Shown here: positions 26,056 to 36,386 of the stretch, piece by piece
Position numbering within the stretch: position 1 is the stretch's first letter
How the letters are laid out: every line of letters starts with the position of its first letter
Virus record (IMG/VR): IMGVR_UViG_3300045809_000028
DNA: 43,405 nt
Direction: 5' to 3' (one strand)
Source of the DNA: a virus
Translations under genes and position numbers: made by a program
Notes under the pieces: generated by a model
The model's input: only the letters and a program-made list of their open reading frames with translations
Database searches by the model: none
What the model was told of the DNA's origin: nothing

Positions 26056-26456
26056 TGGATTTTATCGAACGCCTTAACGAAAATATAAACAATATCCCTA
26101 ATCTGCCAATTAGATGTAGACTAGGCTATTTGCAACCAACAGAATCTTTCTGTGTCTATCCATTACCTGGTAGCAGAGTAATACTGGAATATATGGATGG
26201 TGCAAAGGATCAGCAACTCAATTATGAGTTTGCGATGAAATCAGTTGACCAAGAAAAAATAGGTAACACATTATGGTTAGTATCAAATTATTTAGAGGAG
26301 TTATCAGAGCTAAAAAGTGCTGATAACTCTTTTTCTTTTAACTCTATTTCTATTATGAACAAACCGTTTATCAATCAATTAGATGATAAGCGAAATTATG
26401 TTTTTATGCTTGATGTACAAGCAAATATCACAACGTATCCTACAAAGGAGGAATAA
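26055..26456 (+). CDS. Tail completion / head-tail joining protein
   Basis: Called by position. ATG overlaps the previous stop (TGATG). Confidence 0.5.
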   Translation: MDFIERLNENINNIPNLPIRCRLGYLQPTESFCVYPLPGSRVILEYMDGAKDQQLNYEFAMKSVDQEKIGNTLWLVSNYLEELSELKSADNSFSFNSISIMNKPFINQLDDKRNYVFMLDVQANITTYPTKEE

Positions 26457-26458
26457 TA

Positions 26459-26899
26459 ATGGCACAAAATTTAAACAGTGTACGTAAACATTATCTTGCA
26501 CCATGGACCTCAGACACGACTAAACCAACCGAGACTGATTATAAATGGTTGGCTTCAGGGATTACAACAATGGGGAATGATTCCGAGGATGTGACTGAAG
26601 ATTATAATGACTATACAGGAATCGATACAACTGATGTATTAGGTATCCGCAAGCGTTGGTCACCAGAAGGGTTTGTGGATTATGAAGATGATGCTCAAAA
26701 AATTGTTATCGATAAAGAGTTTGCAATTGGGAATGGGCGTAAAGTATGGCATAAGTGGGTATCTACTGACGGAACCACTTATGAGGGAGTTGCGCGCTTA
26801 TTAGACATCAAAATTGCTGGTGGGGATTCCAATACGAAAGAAGAATTATCTTTTGTTATTCAACATGATGGTACACCAGAAAAAACACCAGAAGGTTAG
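26459..26899 (+). CDS. Major tail protein
   Basis: 146 aa. Last gene before the two chaperone-position genes and the TMP. Confidence 0.65.
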   Translation: MAQNLNSVRKHYLAPWTSDTTKPTETDYKWLASGITTMGNDSEDVTEDYNDYTGIDTTDVLGIRKRWSPEGFVDYEDDAQKIVIDKEFAIGNGRKVWHKWVSTDGTTYEGVARLLDIKIAGGDSNTKEELSFVIQHDGTPEKTPEG

Positions 26900-26941
26900 A
26901 GGAGGTGATGATTCCCCTCTTAAAAAGAAAGGAAGATTTAC

Positions 26942-27307
26942 ATGAAAGCAATCCAACTGAAACGAAATATTATTGATATTCCTTTTCAGGATGACGAGGG
27001 AAAAACAGTCTTAACCTTACAATTTGACCGTTCGGACGAACATGTCAAAGAATTCCACGAATTATTTAGTGATTTAGAAGGGAGAGTTTCTAAATTGGAA
27101 AAAAATGGTAATGATTGGGATGAATCAGAAAAAGTCATTAAAGAAATTGCAGATGCAATGCTTGGTGAAGGCTCCTACGAAAAGATGTACAAATTAAATC
27201 CATCAGTGGTTATTATTACGCAATATCTCTATATGATTGCACTTGGCATCAAAGAAGAATTGGAATCAGAAGATTTAAAAGCTGTGGAATCAAAATACTT
27301 AAAGTAA
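26942..27307 (+). CDS. Tail assembly chaperone (gpG position)
   Basis: 121 aa, acidic, upstream of the Gp15-like gene and the TMP. Confidence 0.55.
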   Translation: MKAIQLKRNIIDIPFQDDEGKTVLTLQFDRSDEHVKEFHELFSDLEGRVSKLEKNGNDWDESEKVIKEIADAMLGEGSYEKMYKLNPSVVIITQYLYMIALGIKEELESEDLKAVESKYLK

Positions 27308-27321
27308 AGGAGTGAACAGGT

Positions 27322-27903
27322 ATGTTCAGCCTTTACTATCAGCCAGAAGATGTCATAAAAATTGAGGGTAAAGAGTATAAAGTTACGGTTACTTTCGATA
27401 ACATTCTGAAAATCATTGATATGACGAATGAAAAACGATTAGCTCCTAATTATAAAATCAGATTAGGGTTACAAATGTTTTTTGGTTCAGATACAGATTT
27501 GATTGCCTTACCATTAGATATTCAGTCCAATATTTTTAATCAAACATTTTATAATTATGTGAATCAAGGGAAAGAAGAACCGATTCATACAGATTTAGCT
27601 GGTAATCCGTTACCAGCAAATTATAAAAAAGACAAAGAAAATTTTTATTCTTTAAAATATGATGCAGAGTACATATATGCATCATTTATGCAGGCATATG
27701 GTATTGATTTAATCGAACAGCAAGGTAAATTACATTGGCATAAATTTCAGGCGCTACTTGCAGGACTTCCAGAAGATACGAAGTTCAGGCAAGTAGTGTC
27801 TATTCGTATGTGGAAAAAGCCTAGCAAACACGATACAGAAGAAAAACAAATGATGAAATTGAAAGATGTGTATCGATTACCTGATGAAAGCGAGGTGGAA
27901 TGA
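27322..27903 (+). CDS. Phage Gp15-family protein (tail assembly, gpT position)
   Basis: 193 aa. The N-terminus MFSLYYQPEDVIKIEGKEYKVTVTFDNILKIIDM is typical of the Gp15 family found immediately upstream of the TMP. Confidence 0.55.
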   Translation: MFSLYYQPEDVIKIEGKEYKVTVTFDNILKIIDMTNEKRLAPNYKIRLGLQMFFGSDTDLIALPLDIQSNIFNQTFYNYVNQGKEEPIHTDLAGNPLPANYKKDKENFYSLKYDAEYIYASFMQAYGIDLIEQQGKLHWHKFQALLAGLPEDTKFRQVVSIRMWKKPSKHDTEEKQMMKLKDVYRLPDESEVE

Positions 27904-30900
27904 TGGCTGATGGACGTGTTGTAATTTCGGTAGATGTTGATGGTAAATCTGTAAAAGTTTTAAATGGAGATTTGGATCAATTGGAAGGTAAGAGTCAAAA
28001 GGCTAGTTCTGGAATAAAGAATATGGTAACTGCTATTGGATTAGTCAAAGTCGCTAGTGCTGCATTTAATATTTTAAAAAGTTCACTTGATAGTGCCATA
28101 TCTCGTTTCGATACTATGCAAAAATTTCCGAAAGTCCTTAGTGCATTGGGATACAGCGCAGAAGATAGTGAAAAATCTATTAATATGTTATCTGACGGAA
28201 TTGATGGTTTACCAACCAAATTAGATGATGTTGTTGCTTCCACACAACAAATGACGGCAATTACTGGTGATCTCGAAGGTTCAACGAAAACCGTTCTAGC
28301 TTTAAATAATGCCTTTCTTGCCTCGGGGGCATCCACTGACGATGCTAGTCGTGGAATGCAACAGTTTAATCAAATGTTAAGTACAGGATCTGTGGATCTC
28401 GAAAGTTGGAAAACTTTGCAGGAAACAATGCCTTTAGCTTTGCAAAAAACAGCTGAAGCAATGGGATATACAGGTCGAAGTGCTCAACGTGATTTGTATG
28501 CAGCTTTGAAAGAAGGTACTGTTACATTCGATGAATTTCAAGGGAAATTAATTGAACTTGGTACGGGAACTGGCATGTTAGCTGATTTGGCAAAAGAGAA
28601 TAGTCTGGGAATTGCAACAAGTATTGGTAATTTACGTAATAGTGTTTCAAAGAATTTAGCAAATATGATTACGAAATTTGATGAATTTACTCAAGCATTA
28701 ACTGGTAAAACCATTGCTCAAAATATTGATGGATTAAAAGGGATTGTCAATGATACTTTTGGGTTTATCATTGAGCAAATGGATTATGCTATTCAACATA
28801 CTGATGAAATAAAAGAGTTGTTCGGCGAAGCTAAAATAGTATTTGAAGAACTAAAAGAAGTTGCAATATTACTTGCTCCAGCTATATCAGCAGTTGCTGG
28901 TGCGCTTATAGCGTTGAAAATTGCCTCGTTGGTATCGTCAGCAATTCAAATGGTTACTGTTGCAGTCACTGGTTTACACATAGCTATGATGACTTTAAGC
29001 AATTTAGGACTTGTCGGAACAATTAAAATGTTACTAGGTTTTATGGGACCTGTAGGATGGATTATCGCTGCAATTGGCGCTTTGATTGGTGTATTTACTT
29101 ATTTCTACACCACCAACGAAACCTTCCGAAATGGATTGAATAATCTTATAACAACTATTCGTGATGGATTAGTTACAGCGTTTCAATTTTTAATGCAAGT
29201 ATTATCGGGAATTTTACCAACTTTGCAGACTGTTGCGTCTGTTGTTGGTAATACACTTGTTTTAGGTTTCCAAAAAATGATAACGATAGGCTCTGAAATT
29301 GCAGCAATTGTTGTTCCTGCAATTCAAAATTTTGTACAAGCTGTGAAAGATTTGATGGCTTCAGGCATTGATAGATTAGCATCTATTTTATCTACTATTG
29401 GTAATTTTTTATCAGGAGTATTTTCTTCGGGAGTTAGTTTAGCTAATGGATTGTTAGAAAGTATGGGAGGTAGTTTTGGTAAATTAGGTGGAGTTCTCTC
29501 TTTAGTAGTTAGTATGTTAACTAAATTAGCTTTGGTTATATTAGGGGTATCTGGTCCAATGGGTACTATTATTTCATTAGTTGTGGCATTTATAGCTGCA
29601 TGGCTAAAAACTGGAGATTTATCTACTGGTGGAATCACTAAAGTATTTGAAGATTTGCAACAAAAAATTGGGAGTGTTGCTGATTTTATTAGTAGTAATC
29701 TTCCAAGGTTTATCGAATTAGCTACCAATTTGATTACTAGTTTTTTAAATGGTTTAACTGCGGCTCTACCTGGAATAATTACAGTAGCTTCTCAAATTAT
29801 TACTATGATAGTAGATGCTATCGTTCAATATTTGCCTATGCTTATTGGTCTGGCTACTCAAGTGATAACGACATTGGTAAATGGTATAGCGACTGCGTTA
29901 CCTATATTATTATCAGTTGGTATGCAAATCATTATGCAAATTGTTACTGCTATTACGACAGTTCTTCCACAACTTATACAAATAGGTATTACAATATTAA
30001 CAACATTGATAAATGGAATTATTAGTGCACTACCAGTAATAATTGAGGTTATTATCACGATTATTACAACATTAATTGACACTTTTCTTACACTATTACC
30101 CATGTTTTTAGATGTTGGATTACAGATTATAACTACTTTAGTCAATGCAATCATTACAGCGTTGCCAACATTAGTAAGTGTAGGTTTAACAGCAGTAACA
30201 AGCCTGCTAGGAGCATTTATAGCTGCGTTACCGATGTTAATCGGTGCAGGTATTCAAATTTTAATGGCGTTGATAGATGGTGTGTTATCTATGTTGCCGA
30301 CGTTAATCTTAGCTGCTGTACAAATTACTTTAGCCCTTGTGGGTGCTTTAATTGATGCATTACCTCAATTAATAAGTGCTGGAATCCAACTGTTAATGGC
30401 GTTGATTAACGGTATTCTATCCATCTTGCCTCAATTGATAGCTGCAGGCATTCAAATTATTGTCGCATTGTTAGGGGCGTTAATTGATTCATTGCCGAAA
30501 TTACTTGATGCAGGTATTCAATTAATAACAGCTTTGGTTAAAGGTGTTATATCTATTCTTCCTCAACTTGTTTCAGCAGCGATTCAGTTAATCGTGGCGT
30601 TATTAAGAGCGTTGTTGGACGCTTTGCCACAACTGCTCGATGCAGGTATTCAATTAATCGGAGCGTTAATCAGTGGTGTTTTAAGTCTTTTGGGCCAATT
30701 ACTTTCTGCAGGAGCTGAACTGATTGTTGGCTTACTAGGAACACTTCTTGGCTTTGTTGGTGATCTGTTATCTGCAGGTGTTGAATTAATCGTTAATTTT
30801 GTATCTGGTCTAATCAGTGTTATTGATGATGTTGTTTCAACTGCAATTGATATCGGCACAGCAATTTGGGATACTCTTTCAAGTATTGATTTGTTTGAAA

Positions 30901-31376
30901 TAGGTAGAAATATCATAGATGGATTAATTAACGGTATTTCTAGCATGGCAGAAAGTGTTTGGAGCACAGTTACGAATATTGCTGGCGGAATTATGGATAC
31001 AATAACAGGTGCATTAGGAATACATTCACCTTCCCGATGGATGCGTGACATGATTGGTAAAAATATGATGCTTGGCTGGGAGATAGGGATTGACCGAAAC
31101 GCCAAAAACCCTCAAAAAGCAATGAAAGATGCTCTAGGTATGGTTGTACCTAACATTAGCACTGAAAAAGCAGTAGGAATTGGCAGAAGTGGTTACAATT
31201 CGGTTTCTAATACTATTATACAAAATACGTATAACAAAACGGGACAAGACATCACCGAACTTATTAATGCCATTAAGAATCAACCAGTGCAAGCTCAATT
31301 GATAGTAGATGGTGAAGTGCTAGCCGAATCAACTAATAAAACGAATGCTTTACAAGATGCTTTAAGATATTTCTAG
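27900..31376 (+). CDS. Tape measure protein
   Basis: 1158 aa, the largest ORF. TMP-type N-terminal region, hydrophobic Gly/Ala/Ile-rich centre, internal tandem repeats. Confidence 0.9.
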   Translation: MMADGRVVISVDVDGKSVKVLNGDLDQLEGKSQKASSGIKNMVTAIGLVKVASAAFNILKSSLDSAISRFDTMQKFPKVLSALGYSAEDSEKSINMLSDGIDGLPTKLDDVVASTQQMTAITGDLEGSTKTVLALNNAFLASGASTDDASRGMQQFNQMLSTGSVDLESWKTLQETMPLALQKTAEAMGYTGRSAQRDLYAALKEGTVTFDEFQGKLIELGTGTGMLADLAKENSLGIATSIGNLRNSVSKNLANMITKFDEFTQALTGKTIAQNIDGLKGIVNDTFGFIIEQMDYAIQHTDEIKELFGEAKIVFEELKEVAILLAPAISAVAGALIALKIASLVSSAIQMVTVAVTGLHIAMMTLSNLGLVGTIKMLLGFMGPVGWIIAAIGALIGVFTYFYTTNETFRNGLNNLITTIRDGLVTAFQFLMQVLSGILPTLQTVASVVGNTLVLGFQKMITIGSEIAAIVVPAIQNFVQAVKDLMASGIDRLASILSTIGNFLSGVFSSGVSLANGLLESMGGSFGKLGGVLSLVVSMLTKLALVILGVSGPMGTIISLVVAFIAAWLKTGDLSTGGITKVFEDLQQKIGSVADFISSNLPRFIELATNLITSFLNGLTAALPGIITVASQIITMIVDAIVQYLPMLIGLATQVITTLVNGIATALPILLSVGMQIIMQIVTAITTVLPQLIQIGITILTTLINGIISALPVIIEVIITIITTLIDTFLTLLPMFLDVGLQIITTLVNAIITALPTLVSVGLTAVTSLLGAFIAALPMLIGAGIQILMALIDGVLSMLPTLILAAVQITLALVGALIDALPQLISAGIQLLMALINGILSILPQLIAAGIQIIVALLGALIDSLPKLLDAGIQLITALVKGVISILPQLVSAAIQLIVALLRALLDALPQLLDAGIQLIGALISGVLSLLGQLLSAGAELIVGLLGTLLGFVGDLLSAGVELIVNFVSGLISVIDDVVSTAIDIGTAIWDTLSSIDLFEIGRNIIDGLINGISSMAESVWSTVTNIAGGIMDTITGALGIHSPSRWMRDMIGKNMMLGWEIGIDRNAKNPQKAMKDALGMVVPNISTEKAVGIGRSGYNSVSNTIIQNTYNKTGQDITELINAIKNQPVQAQLIVDGEVLAESTNKTNALQDALRYF
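29698..30825 (+). repeat. About 17 tandem 66-nt (22-aa) repeats inside the tape measure gene (x-LP-x-L-x3-G/A-x-Q-I/L-I-x2-L-x2-G/A-x3)
   Basis: Periodicity read from the translation, for example ALPQLISAGIQLLMALINGILS / ILPQLIAAGIQIIVALLGALID / SLPKLLDAGIQLITALVKGVIS. Confidence 0.8.
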
Positions 31377-31387
31377 GAGGTGCAAAC

Positions 31388-32230
31388 TTGGTACTAATAA
31401 AAAAATTAGATGGGCATATTATTGATTTATCTCTAGTTGGAATTAAAACGTTAGATTTACTTATTTCATCTCCCAATATTCAACATTCGTTCGGTAATGT
31501 AGAGGGAGCTATGGGGGCTATTGATTTTGGTTCAACAATTGGAACTAGACAAATTGTAGGGAAATTTCGAGCGATGTCTCGTGATATTCCTACTTTTTCT
31601 TTATTGCGCGATGAAGTATTTGCTATTTTAGGTTCAACGCAATCGTTCTATTTAATTGAAAAAAGATTAAATGGTAAACAATGGCTAGTAAAAACAGATG
31701 GTTCATTTGATATTCCACAACGTAGTATTTTTGGGAATTTTGAAGTGCATTTTATTGCTATAAAAGGTGTAGCAGAGTCAATAATGACAACACAACAATT
31801 ACAAACAAAAAAAATCAATACTAACGATGAAACTTGGTCATGGGGTATGGGATTAGAGACGGTGGATGACAGCGAATTGGTTTATAACCATACAATTACT
31901 CCTACTGTACCAATTAAAATATTTAATGCTGGCAATGTTGAAGTACATCCATTTGAGTCCTATCTCAAAATAACAATAAAAAATGTTGTAGGTACCTTGG
32001 GATATTTAATGTTGGTTAATAGCAACGGAAGTTTTATTTATATTATGAAATCTGTGGCAAATAGCGAAGTTTGGATTTTCGATGGGCCTAATGTGAAACG
32101 TAATAGTCTAGTAGCTATACAAGATACTTATAAGTCATTTATTCATTTAGATCCAGGTTGGAATACATTTTCTGTCACTGGTTGCACATCCGCAACAATT
32201 GAAATTGATTTTAACTATTTATATAGATAA
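31388..32230 (+). CDS. Distal tail protein (Dit, Sipho_tail-like)
   Basis: 280 aa directly after the TMP. TTG start after AGGAGGTG. Confidence 0.7.
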   Translation: MVLIKKLDGHIIDLSLVGIKTLDLLISSPNIQHSFGNVEGAMGAIDFGSTIGTRQIVGKFRAMSRDIPTFSLLRDEVFAILGSTQSFYLIEKRLNGKQWLVKTDGSFDIPQRSIFGNFEVHFIAIKGVAESIMTTQQLQTKKINTNDETWSWGMGLETVDDSELVYNHTITPTVPIKIFNAGNVEVHPFESYLKITIKNVVGTLGYLMLVNSNGSFIYIMKSVANSEVWIFDGPNVKRNSLVAIQDTYKSFIHLDPGWNTFSVTGCTSATIEIDFNYLYR

Positions 32231-32290
32231 CGTTTTAGTTTTAATGTAAAATTTAAAACAAGAGCATAATATGAAAAAGGAGGGATTTTT

Positions 32291-34180
32291 GTGGTGATGA
32301 AATCAATTGGTCCTCAATGGAACAGACAAAACTTGGATAACATTAACGAAAATTTCAATACTTTGAATCAAAATGTAACAAGTGTTCCAGGTTTGATTGC
32401 AGATACAAAAGATTTAAAAGAACAAGCTATCGAAACTACAGATAAAGTCATAGCATTAGAAAATAGATTTAGGTTTTATGTTGATATTAATTTAAATGAC
32501 TGTGTTGTTGCAGGTTTATATTATATTGGGAGTGGGAATAATCAGAATATGCCTCCAGGAAAAGCTAGCGGTATGCTTAAAGTGACAAGTAGTCGTACAA
32601 ATCAAATTGTACATCAAGAATATACAAGCGCAAGCATAGCGGAGCAAACATTTGTACGTAGATTAAGAGATAATAATTGGTCAGAATGGATTGAAACAAC
32701 TGTCACTAAGAAACAGATTGATGATTTAGAGAAGTTGATAAATGATGCCGAATCAATTTTATCCGACAGCGTACTGATAAATCCTACATTAACGGATAGC
32801 ACTAATGGTTGGACTAGAAATGCTGGAAACCCAATTGTAGTGGTAGAACAAGGTGTGCCAACTTTAATAGCTCAAGGTGATGGAAGTCATCAATTATCTC
32901 AAATGGTAAACTGGAAAAAAGATCATGTTTATTATATGCAAGTTGAAGTTTATGTAACTGATTATGTTACTGGAAGAATGGGATTACAAGCAAATGGACG
33001 CTTTGTTGGTGGAAATGTTATTAATTTAGGTGTAACTCGAGACACGGAAGGTTGGGAATCACTATATACTAATTTTGTTGTGACGGAAGATTATACGTTA
33101 GGTGTCTATTATGGATCTATCAGTTCAGCTAATTTAAATGGCAAAGCTAAAAATGCTTATATCGTTGATTTAACCGAAATGTATGGTGCTGGAAATGAAC
33201 CATCAGCAGTAGATTTTTATAACTTAAAGTTGCCTATGGAAAATGATGGTATTAGTATGAACACTGCAGATGTGTTTAAGGTTTTAGATCATAAAATTGA
33301 TAATATAGCTACAAAATCAAATATTACTGCAACAGATGCACAAGCCGAACAAGTGTTTTTTGCAGAAATGAATAGAAAATGCCAATTGTGGAAAATGAAC
33401 GATACAGTATTTAAAAATGCCAGCGGTCTATCTTCAAGTGGTCAAGTATCTAGTGCAAGAGATATGTTACGCTTGACGTTACAAGCGGCGGGTTCTGAAC
33501 GTATGCTAAAAGTATGGGGAGCTAAATCCTATGATGTTAATATCAGGGGCGGAAATCCTAGGACTGTTAATATTGTGGCCACTGTAACCAACCCAACACT
33601 AGAAGTAGCATATTTATTGCTGGGAGGAAAATCAGGCACATTAGGTTCAACCGTCAATAATGCGAGTGTATTGACTCAAGTAAAAGATGGTACTTACACG
33701 TTTGCATCGGTAGTCATGACTTCAAGTACCACGACATCACGTTATGAGGACACGAAAAAATTGATTGATGTGATTACTAAAAAATTAGTAAATCCTAATT
33801 ATGTTCCAACAGAGACATTTACCGCTGTTTCGGCATGTGGCATTTTAATCCCTAATAATCCGTTAAATTTGACTAATTTGGAGGTGTTGCCGACATATGG
33901 CTATTATGGTTTTAATGAGAGTGCATCGTTACAGCAAGCATCTTTAACTAAAATGATGACAGCCTTAATTACGTTAGAAAATGTATCAAATTGGTATGAG
34001 ACGTTTACAATTAAGTCATCCGATTTAGTTGGAGGCAGTGGACCAACGATGTACGATGGTGACCAGCTTAGCTTTATGGATGCATTATACTTGATGATGT
34101 TACCATCGAGTAATATCACTGCAAAAGCTATGGGACGTGTAATTGGTCACAAAATTATACAAGCAAGAGGATATATTTAA
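32291..34180 (+). CDS. Tail fibre-like protein: N-terminal knob-like region, CBM-like beta domain, C-terminal circularly permuted S11 (PBP5/DacA-type) D-Ala-D-Ala peptidase domain
   Basis: 629 aa. KSG (aa 447-449, nt 33629-33637) precedes ASLTKMMTA (SxxK, nt 33941-33952) and LPSSN (SxN, nt 34106-34114). Knob-like GLYYIG..NMPPG..GMLKV..VHQEY..RRLRDNNWSEW. Confidence 0.75.
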   Translation: MVMKSIGPQWNRQNLDNINENFNTLNQNVTSVPGLIADTKDLKEQAIETTDKVIALENRFRFYVDINLNDCVVAGLYYIGSGNNQNMPPGKASGMLKVTSSRTNQIVHQEYTSASIAEQTFVRRLRDNNWSEWIETTVTKKQIDDLEKLINDAESILSDSVLINPTLTDSTNGWTRNAGNPIVVVEQGVPTLIAQGDGSHQLSQMVNWKKDHVYYMQVEVYVTDYVTGRMGLQANGRFVGGNVINLGVTRDTEGWESLYTNFVVTEDYTLGVYYGSISSANLNGKAKNAYIVDLTEMYGAGNEPSAVDFYNLKLPMENDGISMNTADVFKVLDHKIDNIATKSNITATDAQAEQVFFAEMNRKCQLWKMNDTVFKNASGLSSSGQVSSARDMLRLTLQAAGSERMLKVWGAKSYDVNIRGGNPRTVNIVATVTNPTLEVAYLLLGGKSGTLGSTVNNASVLTQVKDGTYTFASVVMTSSTTTSRYEDTKKLIDVITKKLVNPNYVPTETFTAVSACGILIPNNPLNLTNLEVLPTYGYYGFNESASLQQASLTKMMTALITLENVSNWYETFTIKSSDLVGGSGPTMYDGDQLSFMDALYLMMLPSSNITAKAMGRVIGHKIIQARGYI

Positions 34181-34206
34181 AAAGTCTAGGTTAACTAGGC
34201 TTTTTT
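34181..34206 (+). terminator. Rho-independent terminator inside the tail operon (A-run upstream, possibly bidirectional)
   Basis: AGTCTAG / CTAGGCT stem, 5-nt loop, T6, preceded by AAAAA. Confidence 0.6.
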
Positions 34207-34229
34207 ATTTTGTCAAAAGGAGGCAACAC

Positions 34230-36263
34230 ATGTTTGTCAGAGATTTACAAGGAAATGAATACCCAATCATGACCACTTATACAATATCTGATGAGCTTAA
34301 TGGCAACATTACGCTTTCTACTGATTTGATACCTAATAAAGTTAATCTTCTGTTTTTAAAAGATATTGATGTACTGTGGGAAATAGTTACTGATGATAAT
34401 ACTGTTTACAAGGTGAAATATGCTAAAGCCAAAGGTATCGGCAATGTGATGACTAAAAATATTAAAGCTATTCCTAAAATCTATGATGACCTAGGAAATT
34501 CTAGAGTGTATGAAAAGCATGAAGGGACATTTACGATTACTAACTTATTAACAATAATATTTAGAGATACCGTTTATACTTATCGTACTTTAGGTAGTTG
34601 GAGTAGCATTCAGATTGAAGGATTTGGCGATGGAGATAATCGTCTGTCTATGTTTCAAACATTGCTAAATCGAATCAATGCAGAATTTAGTTTTTCAGGT
34701 ACAGTAATAACGATTACTGATCGTATTGGTATAGAGACGAATCAGATGTATCGTCATCGATTAAATGCATCGAATATCGTACACGAAATAGATGCACAAG
34801 AATTTTGGACGTATGCTAAAGGTTTTGGAGATTATGAGGAATCAAAGCCAGAAACAGCTAAATTAATGCGAGAGTACACCAGTCCTTTGGCTGCGTTAAT
34901 AGGTAAAAGGGAGGCTCCGCCAATCAAAGACGGGCGTGTTAAAGTAGCATCAACAATGGATTCTGCATTAAAAAAGTTAGTAGATGAATCGATAAAAATT
35001 TCTGTTACCGCTGATTTAGTTGATTTACGAAATCAAAACTACCCTTATGCACAAGCAAATTTAGGTGACACCGTTATTCTTATCGACGAACGTATCGAGT
35101 TACAAGAAGAAGTTCGGGTTGTCACACGGTCAATAACTAAAGATTGGCAAGGACAAATTTTAGATCTTACTTTTACATTTGGTAGTACTGACTTGGCTAA
35201 GCGGTATCAAGCTAAACTATCTACCGCATCTAAGTTAATCAATGAAATTATTGATGGACGTAGAAGATTGCCATTTGCAGCATTAGCAGAAGAGGTACAA
35301 ATTGCAACTAAACTTTTGCAATCAGTACAAACGCAATTAACTATTGCAGAAAATGGCAGTCTAATTGGAGTTGACAAAACTAATCCTAATCTACTAACTA
35401 TATTTAATGCTGCAGGTTTTGGTGTATCAGATGATGGTGGACAGACATTTAAGACCGCTATAACTGGTCGGGGTGTAGTTGCTGATATGTTAATAGGTCG
35501 GTTGTTAATTGGACAAACATTGGTGATTGAAAATGAATCAAGTACATTTTTAGTTGATGCGGATGGTGTAAGTATTGATGGAGGTGCATTGCGCATTGGT
35601 GGTGGTGGTCTTTCGGATGAACAAATTAAAGGGTCTGATAAATGGAATCGTCAAGGCACCTTCATCGATGAAAATGGAATTTATACAGGTCAATTAAGTG
35701 CGGAACAAATCCGAGTTGGTTTTAATATGGGGAGTACAACAATCCAACTATATAGTGATCGTTTAGAATTTTATCGGCAAGGGTTGCTATCAAGTAAATT
35801 AACAGACCGAGGGCAAGAATTTTGGTATGGAGCAAGACCAATTGGTTCGTTTACCGAGGGGCCTAAATATAATGACCCCACAGTGAGAGGGGTCCACATG
35901 TACTTAGAACCTACAGGCGATTTTATCTCGCTTGGTAAAAAACTTAATGCTAGTGATCCGTACTATACGTCTCTATTTTCTGTTGATCCGTCCGGCAAAT
36001 TCACAGGTAAATCAGGACTGGTTGTAGGTGATAAAGTGCAAATGCAAGGGTTCGATTTATTAGATGTTGGAAGAGTTAAACCGAATGGAACAACGAGTGC
36101 AGCGTTAAGGTTTGGCTACACTAATCTAACAGGTATAGGATCAAATATACCAGCGCTTGGAAATAATAATCTTACATGTGGAATAGCATTTGGAAATAGT
36201 GGGAATATATATTTATTTGATGTTAGTGGGTATTACCGTATGTCAGATTTAATTAATTCGTAG
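34230..36263 (+). CDS. Tail-associated lysin / tail tip protein (Tal, Prophage_tail-like)
   Basis: 677 aa. ATG after AAAAGGAGG. N-terminus MFVRDLQGNEYPI..ISDELNGNITLS is typical of siphovirus Tal proteins. Confidence 0.75.
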   Translation: MFVRDLQGNEYPIMTTYTISDELNGNITLSTDLIPNKVNLLFLKDIDVLWEIVTDDNTVYKVKYAKAKGIGNVMTKNIKAIPKIYDDLGNSRVYEKHEGTFTITNLLTIIFRDTVYTYRTLGSWSSIQIEGFGDGDNRLSMFQTLLNRINAEFSFSGTVITITDRIGIETNQMYRHRLNASNIVHEIDAQEFWTYAKGFGDYEESKPETAKLMREYTSPLAALIGKREAPPIKDGRVKVASTMDSALKKLVDESIKISVTADLVDLRNQNYPYAQANLGDTVILIDERIELQEEVRVVTRSITKDWQGQILDLTFTFGSTDLAKRYQAKLSTASKLINEIIDGRRRLPFAALAEEVQIATKLLQSVQTQLTIAENGSLIGVDKTNPNLLTIFNAAGFGVSDDGGQTFKTAITGRGVVADMLIGRLLIGQTLVIENESSTFLVDADGVSIDGGALRIGGGGLSDEQIKGSDKWNRQGTFIDENGIYTGQLSAEQIRVGFNMGSTTIQLYSDRLEFYRQGLLSSKLTDRGQEFWYGARPIGSFTEGPKYNDPTVRGVHMYLEPTGDFISLGKKLNASDPYYTSLFSVDPSGKFTGKSGLVVGDKVQMQGFDLLDVGRVKPNGTTSAALRFGYTNLTGIGSNIPALGNNNLTCGIAFGNSGNIYLFDVSGYYRMSDLINS

Positions 36264-36386
36264 AGGCAACTTGTTGTTAAAAATAATTAAATTTTTTTAT
36301 TTTTGGGATTGCGTTATCTACTATTTTCCGTTTAGATGTAGTTAAGATAGTTAATCTATCTAATTATAAAAAAACGGAGGAAAAAA

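Noticed and set aside
26942-27903. Programmed -1 frameshift joining the two genes upstream of the tape measure gene (gpG/gpGT paradigm)
   Set aside because: The second frame is closed by a TGA at 27313-27315, downstream of the first gene's stop (27305-27307). The frames therefore do not overlap, and no slippery heptamer was seen near the end of the first gene.
27995-31105. Minus-strand ORFs inside the tape measure gene (27995-28336, 29173-29382, 29324-29728, 29858-30154, 30650-31105)
   Set aside because: They lie antisense within a clearly coding 1158-aa gene, lack ribosome-binding sites and have low-complexity translations. They are artefacts of the repetitive Ala/Leu/Ile codon content.
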